A stretch of DNA of 64,000 bases from an uncultured archaeon (GTDB taxonomy: Archaea; Asgardarchaeota; Lokiarchaeia; Sigyniarchaeales; SOKP01): NCBI GenBank assembly GCA_964447495.1, contig CAYUTF010000005.1, positions 2,240-66,239 on the forward strand, read 5' to 3'. The notes under the pieces were generated by a model. That model had not been told where the DNA came from and ran no database searches. It saw nothing but the letters and a program-made list of their open reading frames with translations. The translations under genes were made by a program, and so were the position numbers. Of this stretch, positions 21,131-31,000 are shown piece after piece. The stretch's first letter is position 1. Each line of letters starts with the position of its first letter.

Positions 21131-21557
21131 CTAATTCTTTGTTACCTTCTGTCAAATTAATCGGATTGGGACCAATTCTACTAATCTTTTCATACGCATC
21201 TTCAACACTTTTTACTAATTTTTCTGCTTCTGCACTACTACACCAATACATATTCGCTCGTTGATTACCAAAACCTCGTTTTTCAAGTATCCTGTTAGCA
21301 AGATCTATATGTTTTTGAGCTGTGAAATTACCGGCTTTAAATTGACACTCATTAGGTCTTCATCCTACAACCATTACTCCATCTGCACCTGTTTTAATCG
21401 CAAATAAAATATGCTTTACATCAACTCTCCCTGTGCATTTTACTTTGATTATTTTCACATCAGGAGTATATTTAAACCGCGAGACTCCTGCTAAATCTGC
21501 GGCACCATAACCTCATTTTAAGCATGCAAACATGATAATCTTATATTTATGTTCCAT
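21111..21557 (-). CDS. vhuD: VhuD/MvhD-like selenoprotein with two in-frame TGA (Sec) codons
   Basis: Absent from the ORF track. ATG 21557-21555, preceded by GGAGG (21570-21566), overlaps the hdrA stop (AATGGAACATAA). The translation is [46 protein letters not shown]...GADGVMVVG-U-RPNECQF... TGAs at 21515-21513 and 21362-21360 align to Cys in [15 protein letters not shown] and [12 protein letters not shown] of the paralog at 13566..14006. Confidence 0.75.
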
Positions 21558-23499
21558 TTTCTGCGCCTCCTTGTATAATTGCTTCAATTTCAGCATATAA
21601 TTGATAATCCCTATAATACTTTATATCAATTGCTTGAGTTGGACAACAAGATGCACATATACCACATCCGTCGCAATTAATGTCATCAACAACCGCTTTA
21701 TTATCTTTAATAGTTATGGCTCCTTTAGGACATTCCTTTTCACATCGCCCACATGAAATACATAAATCAGGGTTAATTTCAGCAATTATCAATTCAAGAT
21801 CAATTTCACCTGAGGATGTTAGCTCAACTACTTTACTAGCAGCAGCTCTCGCTTGAGATACTGAATAAGCAATATCTTTTGGTCCCTGTGCAAATCCTGC
21901 GATAAATATCCCTTTTGTTTTCGTTTCTTGCGGCATTAATCCAAAATGCGATTCTGTCAAAAAACCATTTTTATCGACATCTAAATTTAGTACTTTGGCA
22001 ATTTGCTGAGTTCCGCGAGAAGGGAGTGCTGCAGTTGATAAGACCACTAAATCTGCATCAATTTTAATAATTTCATCAGTTAGAGAAGAATAAACCCTTA
22101 TTTCAACATTTTTGGTATCAGGGTTTTCTGTAATGCCACCAACTTTTCCACGAATCATCCGAATATCTGAATCTTTTGCCCGTTGGTAATATTCTTCGAA
22201 TCCTTTTTCATTGGTTCTAATGTCAATATAACAGATCGTTATATTAGCGTCGAGTATTTCCTCTTTAAGTAATTTTGCATTTTTGAGAGCCAGCATACAA
22301 CATACTCCGCTACAATAAGTCCTTTCGGTGTCACGGCTGCCAACACATTGGATAAATACAATCTCTTTTGGTTTTTTTAAATCAGATATTCGAGCGATGT
22401 GACCTTCTAATGGACCGTTCGGTGCTAACATTCTCTCAAGTTGGGCTTGATTTATAACATTATCATACTCACCATATCCATACTCACCCATAGGCTCATA
22501 TATGTCCCACCCTGTAGCAATTATTATAGACCCTACTTTAAAATTTACCTCTTCTGGCACTTGGCTAAAATCTATGGCATTTAGCTCACAAACATCAACA
22601 CAACTGAAGCATTCAACACAAGTATCTCTATGAATATCATATAAAAAAGGTACCGCTTGACCAAATGCTATATCAATTGTTTTCCGAACCCCAAGATGTT
22701 CGTCAAAATAATTGGTTATGAACACTGGGCAGACCTCCGAACATGCTCCACACCCATTACAATCATTATTAATGAATCGGGGCATCTTTTCTACCGTGAT
22801 TTCATAATTTCCGACATATCCCTTAACGTTTCTAACAAAACTATAGCTCAATAGTTCTATATTTTCATGACGGTTAACTTCTAACATCTTAGGACCACAT
22901 ATTCAGATGCTACAGTCATCTGTTGGAAATGTTCTGTCCAATTGAGCCATTCTTCCACCAATTGTAGTATTTTTATCAACTAAATATACCTTAATTCCCT
23001 GATTCGCTAAGTCTAAGGCAGCATTCATCCCTGCAATACCTCCACCAACAATTAAACATGCTTTTTCTATTGGAACTGTTCTTATAGGTATTATCTCTAA
23101 AGTTTTAGCTCTTTCTATACCGCTTTTGACTAAAATTTTTGCTTTTTCTGTTGCTTCCTCTTTATCAGCGGTACACCAACTGCAATGTTCTCTTACATTA
23201 ACCATCTGGAAGTAATAGGGGCTTAAATCCGTTTTTGAAATTGAAGCCCGATATATGGGTTCATGTGTCCTTGGAGTTCACGCAGACGCAACTACTCTCG
23301 TTAATTTCTTTTCTTGAATATCTTGGATTATTTCATTTTGTCCACTTTCAGTGCAAAGGAATGCATTAGTTTTGGCAACCACTACGTCATCAAAAGTTTT
23401 AGCAAATTCAACAAGTTCATTACAATCAACTTTACTTCGAATATTTATGCCTCATTGACACGCGTAAAAACCAATCCGATGCTGGGTAGTTTTTTCCAT
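21547..23499 (-). CDS. hdrA: Heterodisulfide reductase subunit A (HdrA) selenoprotein with three in-frame TGA (Sec) codons
   Basis: Track ORFs 21547..22887 and 22903..23205 plus untracked 23206..23499 form one 651-codon frame (ATG 23499-23497, TAA 21549-21547). TGAs fall at 23454-23452 (codon 16), 23280-23278 (codon 74) and 22905-22903 (codon 199). They align to Cys of the 14003..17113 paralog: YACQ-U-GINI vs LVCH-C-GINI; VASA-U-TPRTHE vs [10 protein letters not shown]; DDCSI-U-ICGPKM vs [12 protein letters not shown]. Confidence 0.85.
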
Positions 23500-23952
23500 C
23501 TTTTTGAGTTTTCTCACCTCATTTTTTACATTAATGTCTAAATATCCGAATCTATAAAAGTTTTTCACCTTTAGATCAATTTCTTTAATATAACTATTTT
23601 TATAGTTCGAATATATGAATGTTTTAAATTTCTATATTAATCATTTACATTTTAATGATATTTATACTTATTAATTTATTTATTATACCTTATCCGTTAT
23701 TCTTTAAATGTTATTTTACAGAATGGAAAATTTTGCAATATATTGATTAACTCCAGATTGAAAAGTAACATTTATTTAAAGCAATTCATCATGACAAAAA
23801 TCAATGTTTAATCCTAAAAATAAGAGATCTTATAATTTATATCAATGAGATTTTAAAAGTTGAAAATCTAAATATAAATAGCTATAAATTAGTGAGAATT
23901 TTTTTTTTTATTTCTTGTATTTAATATCAGTAATTAGATTCTTAGAAATCAT

Positions 23953-24987
23953 ATGATAAGAAAAGTCCTTATAAAGTATATTATCATTCTTATTGTGTTA
24001 TGTTTGCCTCTATTTGGATTGGTTGGACTAATAATTAGTAGAAATATTATTACTCCAAATGATACATTTTTTGTAATCAGTAAGGGTGAAACTCCAGATA
24101 TTAACATCATTAGTTGGAGGTTGAGAGTGGAGGGTCAGGTTAATAATAGTTTACTCCTTGATTATTCTAGTTTAATATCACAACCATCAACAGAGGTTGT
24201 TGCTACTCTACAGTGTGTAGAAGGGCCGTCTGGAACCGCATTATGGAAAGGAATATTAATTAGAGAATTATTGGATTTAGCAGAAGTAAAAGGAAATGTG
24301 GTTGATGTGGTTTTTTATGCTGCAGATGGTTATTCGTCATCTCTCACTATTGAAGAAATAAATAATGATGATGTTCTATTAGCATATGAAATGAATGGCG
24401 AACCTTTACCAGCAGAACAAGGTTATCCCCTTAGAGTTGTTGCTCCTAACCATTTAGGATATAAATGGGTGAAATGGGTTGTAAGAGTAGAGGTAGTCGA
24501 TTATGATTATATAGGTTTTTGGGAGAGCCGAGGATGGAATGATGATGCATACAGTACTCCTTTTTCAAATTGGATTATACATGCTTTATTGCTGGCAATC
24601 TCTTTCATTTTTGGAGGATTTGCTGTAATATCGGGATTAAAAAGATCTCCAATTACAAATTATTTTCGCGATCTTCCCAAATTCTTCAATGTAAAGTTTC
24701 ATATAACGGTTTCTATAATGTATTTCCTAATATCTATAGGTACATTCTCTTATTGGATTATATCAACGATTTTAAACCGAGGAGCGGTATTTTTCACCAT
24801 CCATGGGTTATTAGCCTTACTCTCTATTATATTGTTAATACCAGGCGTAATTACAGGCATAAAAAAGAAAAAGAAAAGAAACCCGAATAAAAAGACATGG
24901 CATTATAAATGGACCATGAATTCTATTTATGTATTTTTATCTACTATTATTTTAGGCTTCTTATTGGCATTTACTGGGTTATTTTGA
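23953..24987 (+). CDS. Molybdopterin-dependent oxidoreductase (MsrP/YedY, sulfite-oxidase family) fused to a C-terminal multi-TM domain
   Basis: Moco-domain motifs WRLRVEGQV, ATLQCVEGPSGTALWKGI, EMNGEPLPAEQGYPLRVVAPNHLGYKWVKWV. These are followed by about 4 TM helices carrying several His residues (IIHALL, KFHITV, TIHGLL). Confidence 0.75.
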   Translation: MIRKVLIKYIIILIVLCLPLFGLVGLIISRNIITPNDTFFVISKGETPDINIISWRLRVEGQVNNSLLLDYSSLISQPSTEVVATLQCVEGPSGTALWKGILIRELLDLAEVKGNVVDVVFYAADGYSSSLTIEEINNDDVLLAYEMNGEPLPAEQGYPLRVVAPNHLGYKWVKWVVRVEVVDYDYIGFWESRGWNDDAYSTPFSNWIIHALLLAISFIFGGFAVISGLKRSPITNYFRDLPKFFNVKFHITVSIMYFLISIGTFSYWIISTILNRGAVFFTIHGLLALLSIILLIPGVITGIKKKKKRNPNKKTWHYKWTMNSIYVFLSTIILGFLLAFTGLF

Positions 24988-25002
24988 TTATATTAAAAAA
25001 TT

Positions 25003-25704
25003 TTATTTAGGTTTTAACTCTTCTTTATTAAAAACAATAAGGGAGAGAGGTATAATCCAAGCGAGGATCGAAAATAATAACATCCATTCCCATAATGGAT
25101 TACTAACCATAAGGAAAATGATAATAGTAGTTAGAGGGCCCAATATACCATATAAACCAAGCAATTTTGGAATATTTGTATTAAAAAGTATGATTACCCA
25201 CCCCATGAAAAATGCTCCTAAAGTAAAGCCGCCAAAAGCTAAGCTTGATGTAATGGTATGAAGATTATAATAATTACGATTTTCACTAAAAATGCCAACC
25301 CCAATATAGCCTACACTTCCAATTAAATTGAAAAGGAACGCGGAACTCACTAATCGATATCTCATACGAGAAAAGTGAATCTGAGGCCCTTTTCTCTTTG
25401 GTAAAGGAGCTAAAAGATTTTCCATATAAAATGTAAATGGAATTGTAAATGTCCCTGCCACAATACAAGCAATATCATACAAATATGGAGCAGGTGTATG
25501 AGGACTACCTCCCAGATCGCTAATCCAATTTGTCAGAATCGAATAACCGTCAGGATCTGATAGTGCAGCTACAATAATACCGATAATTATTAGAGGTATA
25601 TAGATAATAATGACCGTTGAAGTAAAGATTCTTACCATCCTATAATTAATGATATTATTGAATATTTTCTCTCTTAAATTATTAATTTTTACTCTGAGTC
25701 TCAA
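25003..25704 (-). CDS. Hypothetical polytopic membrane protein (DUF998-like)
   Basis: 233 aa with about 6 TM helices. The motif WISDLGGSPHTPAPYLYD resembles DUF998-type proteins. Assignment is from memory only. Confidence 0.4.
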   Translation of the reverse strand: MRLRVKINNLREKIFNNIINYRMVRIFTSTVIIIYIPLIIIGIIVAALSDPDGYSILTNWISDLGGSPHTPAPYLYDIACIVAGTFTIPFTFYMENLLAPLPKRKGPQIHFSRMRYRLVSSAFLFNLIGSVGYIGVGIFSENRNYYNLHTITSSLAFGGFTLGAFFMGWVIILFNTNIPKLLGLYGILGPLTTIIIFLMVSNPLWEWMLLFSILAWIIPLSLIVFNKEELKPK

Positions 25705-25794
25705 ACTAATCTGTTTTTAATAGAAATTAGATTATATCAATATTAGTCTTTATAGTATAAAAAATATCTTAATCCATAAACAAATTACTTCATA

Positions 25795-27705
25795 TTATTC
25801 TATTTCTCCAAGAAAAAGCTCTATAATAACAGACCATTTTTGGTTAGTATACTCGTCTTTAACATATTCAAGTAGTTCTTTACCTTTATTAAAATTAGTT
25901 AATGCCAAATCTTGATTTCCCACTGTATGGTAACATATTCCCAGTTTGATGTATGTTTGATAGATATACCATTCATTTTGCCCTAAAACAAGAACTTTTA
26001 AGAATTTTTTAATAGCTCCTGAATAATCTTCAAAATACATCAAAATTTCTCCATAACTATCGAAATTAAATGCATTTTCTGGCTCAATTTCGATTAAATT
26101 TTCAATGATTTTAATGGCATCCTCTTTTTTATCTATACATTTAAGCCAATGTGCCTTATAGTTCTTAAGTTGATTATTTTCAGGAAATCTCCTAACTAAA
26201 TCTTCAATTATCTCTAACCCCGCTTCTAGATTCTTCATTTTCTTTAATATGGATGCCTTTTTCATCTGTAGATCGATTTCTTTATCGGGGAATATGTCCA
26301 AAATCTCTTCTAATAAACTCAATACCAAATTATATTGATTAAAATAAATTAGAGTACTTAGTTTCATATTATATAAATCATAATTCAAAGGCTCTGATTC
26401 AAGAGCTCTATCGATCTCATCGATTTTTTCCTCATATTGATCTCGGAGTTCGTGGGGAGCTTCTTGTTCAAAAACTTCTGCAATATTCTGCCATATAATC
26501 TGTTCTATCTTATCATATGAATCTTTTATTTCTTTTTCACTTTCTATCTTATATGTAAGATATTGTATATAGCTTGGAAGTAATTCTCGTAGCGCTTCTT
26601 CAAAATCATTATGAATTATTGTTCCGCAAGATTCATCTATTATTGCTTGTACGACCTCATCAATAATGTTTTTAGCTATATGATCCTTTTTAAATGATTG
26701 TAATTCATTTATGTAGGTAAAATTAGCAATGTGCTCTTGGGTTATAATCCTCAACATTTTTTCTAACTTTTCACCTGTCTGAAGATAATAAACCTTTCCA
26801 GAAGGGCTTTTTAACTCAAAAAATCGAACAGGATAAATCTTTCCCTCACAGATTTCCGTTAGATAATAATCCAAAGTAGTTAGCTTAATTTTATAAAGTT
26901 TTGAAAATTCTTCTCGGGATATATGTTCAAGATATCGATTAGGATTATTCATTGCGAAATAGAGTAATATCTTATGAAAACTTTCTTCATTTTTCAACAA
27001 GGGTTTTACTTTATCGTAACTAAATTCCAACAACATTTTAAGAAACTGTATTTGAATTTGTTTATCGTCGATACGGTATTTATTGAAAAAAGCTAGTATA
27101 TTATCCGTCATCTCCCGCATTCGCTTAGTTTCTTCATCTAAGATTGTCTGTCGGTCTAAATCGTAGTTCTCCAGCATTTTAGAATATTCATTTTTTCCTG
27201 AAGGGGTAATTATATATTTAGTGTCTTGTTTTATTATAAATCCTTTTTTAATTAAATTATTCAGACTTTTTGATAAAGATGATTGATTAATAGAGAGTGG
27301 AATTTGAAAGAAATCGCTTCTTTTGCAATATTGATTGTTATACACCATCCAAAGTATCCAATGATCATAATTACGTCCACTTTTTAATATCACTCGTGGA
27401 GGATAATTTAGCGTTCGAACCTTCTTTTTTGCACTAGAAAGGTCGTTATATTTCTTCTTGCCCTCTGGAGTGATCTTGTATAACCCTCTTGAAATTTTAT
27501 TGACGTAATCTAAAGTTATTAACCTTTTTAAATGTCTTGATAATGTTCCTCCAGGGATTTTAATTGGATTTTCATTAAAATCAGCCCATGAGCAACTCTC
27601 ATTGTTGTTCAACATCCATAAAATAAGATGATCATAATCCGGACTTTTTTCACTCGAAGGATCATAAATATTTGTTGGAGGATAATTTATATTTTCTGTT
27701 GACAT
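25795..27705 (-). CDS. Putative regulator: two tandem winged-helix domains plus C-terminal TPR repeats
   Basis: Internal duplication DYDHLILWMLNNNESCSWADF...LSRHLKRLITLDYV...ITPEGKKKY versus NYDHWILWMVYNNQYCKRSDF...LSKSLNNLIKKGFI...ITPSGKNEY. The C-terminal third has TPR-like helices. Confidence 0.55.
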   Translation of the reverse strand: MSTENINYPPTNIYDPSSEKSPDYDHLILWMLNNNESCSWADFNENPIKIPGGTLSRHLKRLITLDYVNKISRGLYKITPEGKKKYNDLSSAKKKVRTLNYPPRVILKSGRNYDHWILWMVYNNQYCKRSDFFQIPLSINQSSLSKSLNNLIKKGFIIKQDTKYIITPSGKNEYSKMLENYDLDRQTILDEETKRMREMTDNILAFFNKYRIDDKQIQIQFLKMLLEFSYDKVKPLLKNEESFHKILLYFAMNNPNRYLEHISREEFSKLYKIKLTTLDYYLTEICEGKIYPVRFFELKSPSGKVYYLQTGEKLEKMLRIITQEHIANFTYINELQSFKKDHIAKNIIDEVVQAIIDESCGTIIHNDFEEALRELLPSYIQYLTYKIESEKEIKDSYDKIEQIIWQNIAEVFEQEAPHELRDQYEEKIDEIDRALESEPLNYDLYNMKLSTLIYFNQYNLVLSLLEEILDIFPDKEIDLQMKKASILKKMKNLEAGLEIIEDLVRRFPENNQLKNYKAHWLKCIDKKEDAIKIIENLIEIEPENAFNFDSYGEILMYFEDYSGAIKKFLKVLVLGQNEWYIYQTYIKLGICYHTVGNQDLALTNFNKGKELLEYVKDEYTNQKWSVIIELFLGEIE

Positions 27706-27787
27706 AACATCACAAAATTGAGATCTATTAAATTATATATCAATTAATGCTTTATTTATAGTTTCTGTTGGAATTTTCACATAGTTA

Positions 27788-27831
27788 TGGAACTTTTATG
27801 AAACTATTAGAGCTATAATCATATATGTAAG
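27788..27831. repeat. Intergenic direct repeat, copy 1
   Basis: tggaacttttatgaaactattagagctataatcatatatgtaag. About 80% identical by hand alignment to copy 2, which lies exactly 170 nt downstream. Confidence 0.6.
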
Positions 27832-27957
27832 GTTATAACACATTCTAAGTAATCATTACTTCCTTTTTTTTTAATCTAAATTTAGTTGTAAATAAAATCA
27901 CAGTTCACTATTTTTCTCCATATTACTACATTTTTACTTAAAAATCTCATCACCTAC

Positions 27958-28001
27958 TGAAACTTTCATGAAATTATTGAAACTCTAATCATATAAGTAA
28001 G
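27958..28001. repeat. Intergenic direct repeat, copy 2
   Basis: tgaaactttcatgaaattattgaaactctaatcatataagtaag. It lies about 70 nt upstream of the surface-protein start. Confidence 0.6.
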
Positions 28002-28069
28002 AAAACTTGAATTCTTACTAAAGCATCTTCATGATGATGCCTAAAAACAATCTATAATGAAAAAATGAG

Positions 28070-31000
28070 TTGAAAATGTATAAATATACAAAAAATAAAA
28101 AATTGAAATCGAAAAGAATTCTATTAATTATATCAGTACTATTCATTCTCCCCATAGTTATCAATTTTCTTGAAATGGATTTAGGATTTTACAATTATGT
28201 AGATGATAATATGGAGAATCTTGATAATGATTATCTTAGAAATTCTAATGTTTATAGTAGAGACTTTTCTGGAGATGGATGGGACATATTTATTTCTGGA
28301 GATTACGCATATATTGCTGATGGAAGCTTATACGGAGGATTGGTGGTGATTGATATCTCTGATCCTACTAACCCAGGTTCTCCGATATATGAGGCCACGG
28401 ATGGAAATGCTTTTGGAATTTATGTAAGTGGGGACTATGCTTATATGGGTGTTGGAAGTGTTGGATTGGCTGTGATCGATATCTCTAACCCTACTAACCC
28501 AGGATCTCCGATATATAAACCTATGGATGATTTCGCTAATGGACTTTATGTGAGTGGGGATTATGCATATGTCGCAGATGGAAGTGCTGGATTGGCAGTG
28601 ATCGATATATCAAATCCCACTAATCCAGGACTGCCTGTACATGAACCTACGAGTGATTATGCCTATGACGTTTATATACGTGGGGATTATGCTTATGTCG
28701 CAGATGGAAGTGCTGGATTGGCAGTGATCGACATATCAAATCCTACTAATCCGGGAACAGCAGTACTTGAAAATACTAGTGGATATTCGATGGCGGTTTA
28801 CGTGGAAGGAGATTATGCTTATGTGGCGGATTCAGGGAGTGGATTAGCAATCATTGATATTTCAGATCCTACTAATCCAGGAACACCAGTTTATGCTAGT
28901 ACGGATGGATCTGCCTATAGTGTTTATGTAGATGGGGATTATGCTTATGTGGCAGATAATCATAAAGGATTAGCAGTCATTGATATTTCAGATCCAATAA
29001 ATCCAAGTAAAATTGCTCAAGGATCTCTAGATAAAAATGTATATTCAATATGCATAGATGGAAATTATGCTTTCTTGGCTGGTAGTTATAAGTTTTACAC
29101 GATCGAGATTTCAGAACTTATTACGCCTCTAGAACTATGGTGGAATCAAGATACATCAGGCAATTCGCAAGGAGTATTTGTAAGTGGAGATTATGCCTAT
29201 GTTGCCGACGGAGCTAATGGATTAGCAATCTTTGATATTTCAGATCCTACTACTCTAGGATCATCTGCGTATAGCAATACTGCAGGAGATGCGGAAGATG
29301 TAGTGGTGAGTGGAGACTATGCATATGTTGCGGATGGTGGTGGTGGATTAGCGGTGATCGATGTTTCTGATCCTACTACTCCCGGAACCTCTATTCGTAG
29401 GGATACAACAGGCGATTCAAGAGGTATATTTGTGAGTGGAGATTACGCCTATATTGCTGATGGAGGGAGTGGATTAGCAATTATCGATATTTCTAATCCA
29501 ACCAGTCCAGGCGCTCCCGTTTACAAGGATGATGGTTATTTAACCAAATCTGTGTATATAGAAGGTGATTATGCTTATCTTTCTGCTGGAAGTGGAATAT
29601 TAACCATTGATATTTCTGATCCTACAACCCCGGGAGCATCAGTTTATTTATCTCTCGGAGGAGATGCTAGAGATATATATGTAAGGGGAGATTATGCCTA
29701 TCTTGTAATTTACAGTGATATAGTTACAGTTGATATTTCGGATCCCACTAATCCCACGTTGTTAGATAAAGAGCAGATATATCATACTGTTCCTGAAGGT
29801 ATATTTGTAAGCGGAGAATATGCGTATACCGCAGAAGATTATGGAAGTATGGGAGGGTATATAAAAATCTGGGATATTTCTGATCCTTCCCATATTTCAA
29901 TGGAAGATTCACTATACATTGGAGATACATATGGAGGAGATGGAGCGTTTGAATCATTCGTGACTGGAAACTATATTTATGTTGCAGACTCTGGTTCAGG
30001 ATTACTTGTGTGTGAGGTTCGTGAAAGGGTTGACACAAAAGACCCCGTAATTACACAATCCCCTAGTGATAAAATCATCGAAGCAGGTTATACAGGCGAA
30101 ACATTGTCTTGGAGAGCAACAGATACCAATCCAAATACATATACTATTGAACTTGAAGGAGTTGGTACTGTTGCCGGTCCAACAGCTTGGTTAAGTGGAT
30201 CCTTGGTAACTTATAATATCCCGGATGGATTATCGGTAGGAGAATATGATTACACTATTACTTTTACTGATGATCATGGATTTTATGCTGCAGATACAGT
30301 AAAAGTAACTGTTCAAGATACGGAAAAACCTGTGTTTACAGAATTTCCATCAGATCTTAAAATTTTAGAAGGCTATACTGGAATTAGTTTTTCTTGGAAT
30401 GCAACCGATGCCAATCCTGATACTTATATCATTGAACTGGGAGGAACAGGTATCGTTGCCGGTCCAACTTCTTGGTCAAGTGGGGTTGCCATTACATATA
30501 ATGTTCCCGATGGATTATCATTAGGGTATTATTTCTATAGAATCAACATTACCGATGAATATGATCATTTTTCCACAGCTACAGTGAAATTAACGGTTTA
30601 CGAACCAGATGATCCCATTATTACGGATAGTCCAATCGATCTTGTAGTTGGACCTGTTTATACAGGATTGAATTTTTCATGGACGGCTACGGAAGCCAAT
30701 CCTGACACTTATACTATCGAACTCCAAGGAGCTGGAATTATTACTCTTCCAACATCTTGGTCAAGTGGAGTTGCCGTTACGTATGATATTCCTGACGGAA
30801 TGAAAATAGGGGAACATTTCTTTACAATCAACTTTACGGATGAATTTGATAACTATGCCACAGACACTGTAAAGCTTACTATTCAAGACAATGCCCCTCA
30901 AATCACAAATGCTCCAGAGGATATGGTTATAATGACTGGTTATACTGATGTAGAAATTTCCTGGACAGCAACCGATGAAGAAGATCCAAACACATATACT

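Noticed and set aside
21547-23205. Reading the two HdrA fragments (21547..22887, 22903..23205) as a decayed pseudogene
   Set aside because: The fragments and the upstream 23206..23499 stretch are all in one frame. The only interruptions are TGA codons, and each falls exactly on a conserved Cys position. There are no frameshifts and no other stop types. Selenocysteine recoding explains this far better.
23314-23541. Plus-strand 75-aa ORF
   Set aside because: It lies antisense to the reconstructed N-terminus of the Sec-HdrA. It is a low-complexity, AT-codon-driven shadow ORF.
24570-24890. Alternative-frame plus-strand ORF inside the Moco/TM fusion gene
   Set aside because: It is the same strand but out of frame with a gene whose frame encodes coherent TM helices. 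There is no independent support.
28031-28037. ATGATGA upstream of the surface-protein gene considered as the C box of a C/D-box sRNA
   Set aside because: No matching CTGA D box or C'/D' pair at an appropriate distance could be found by eye.
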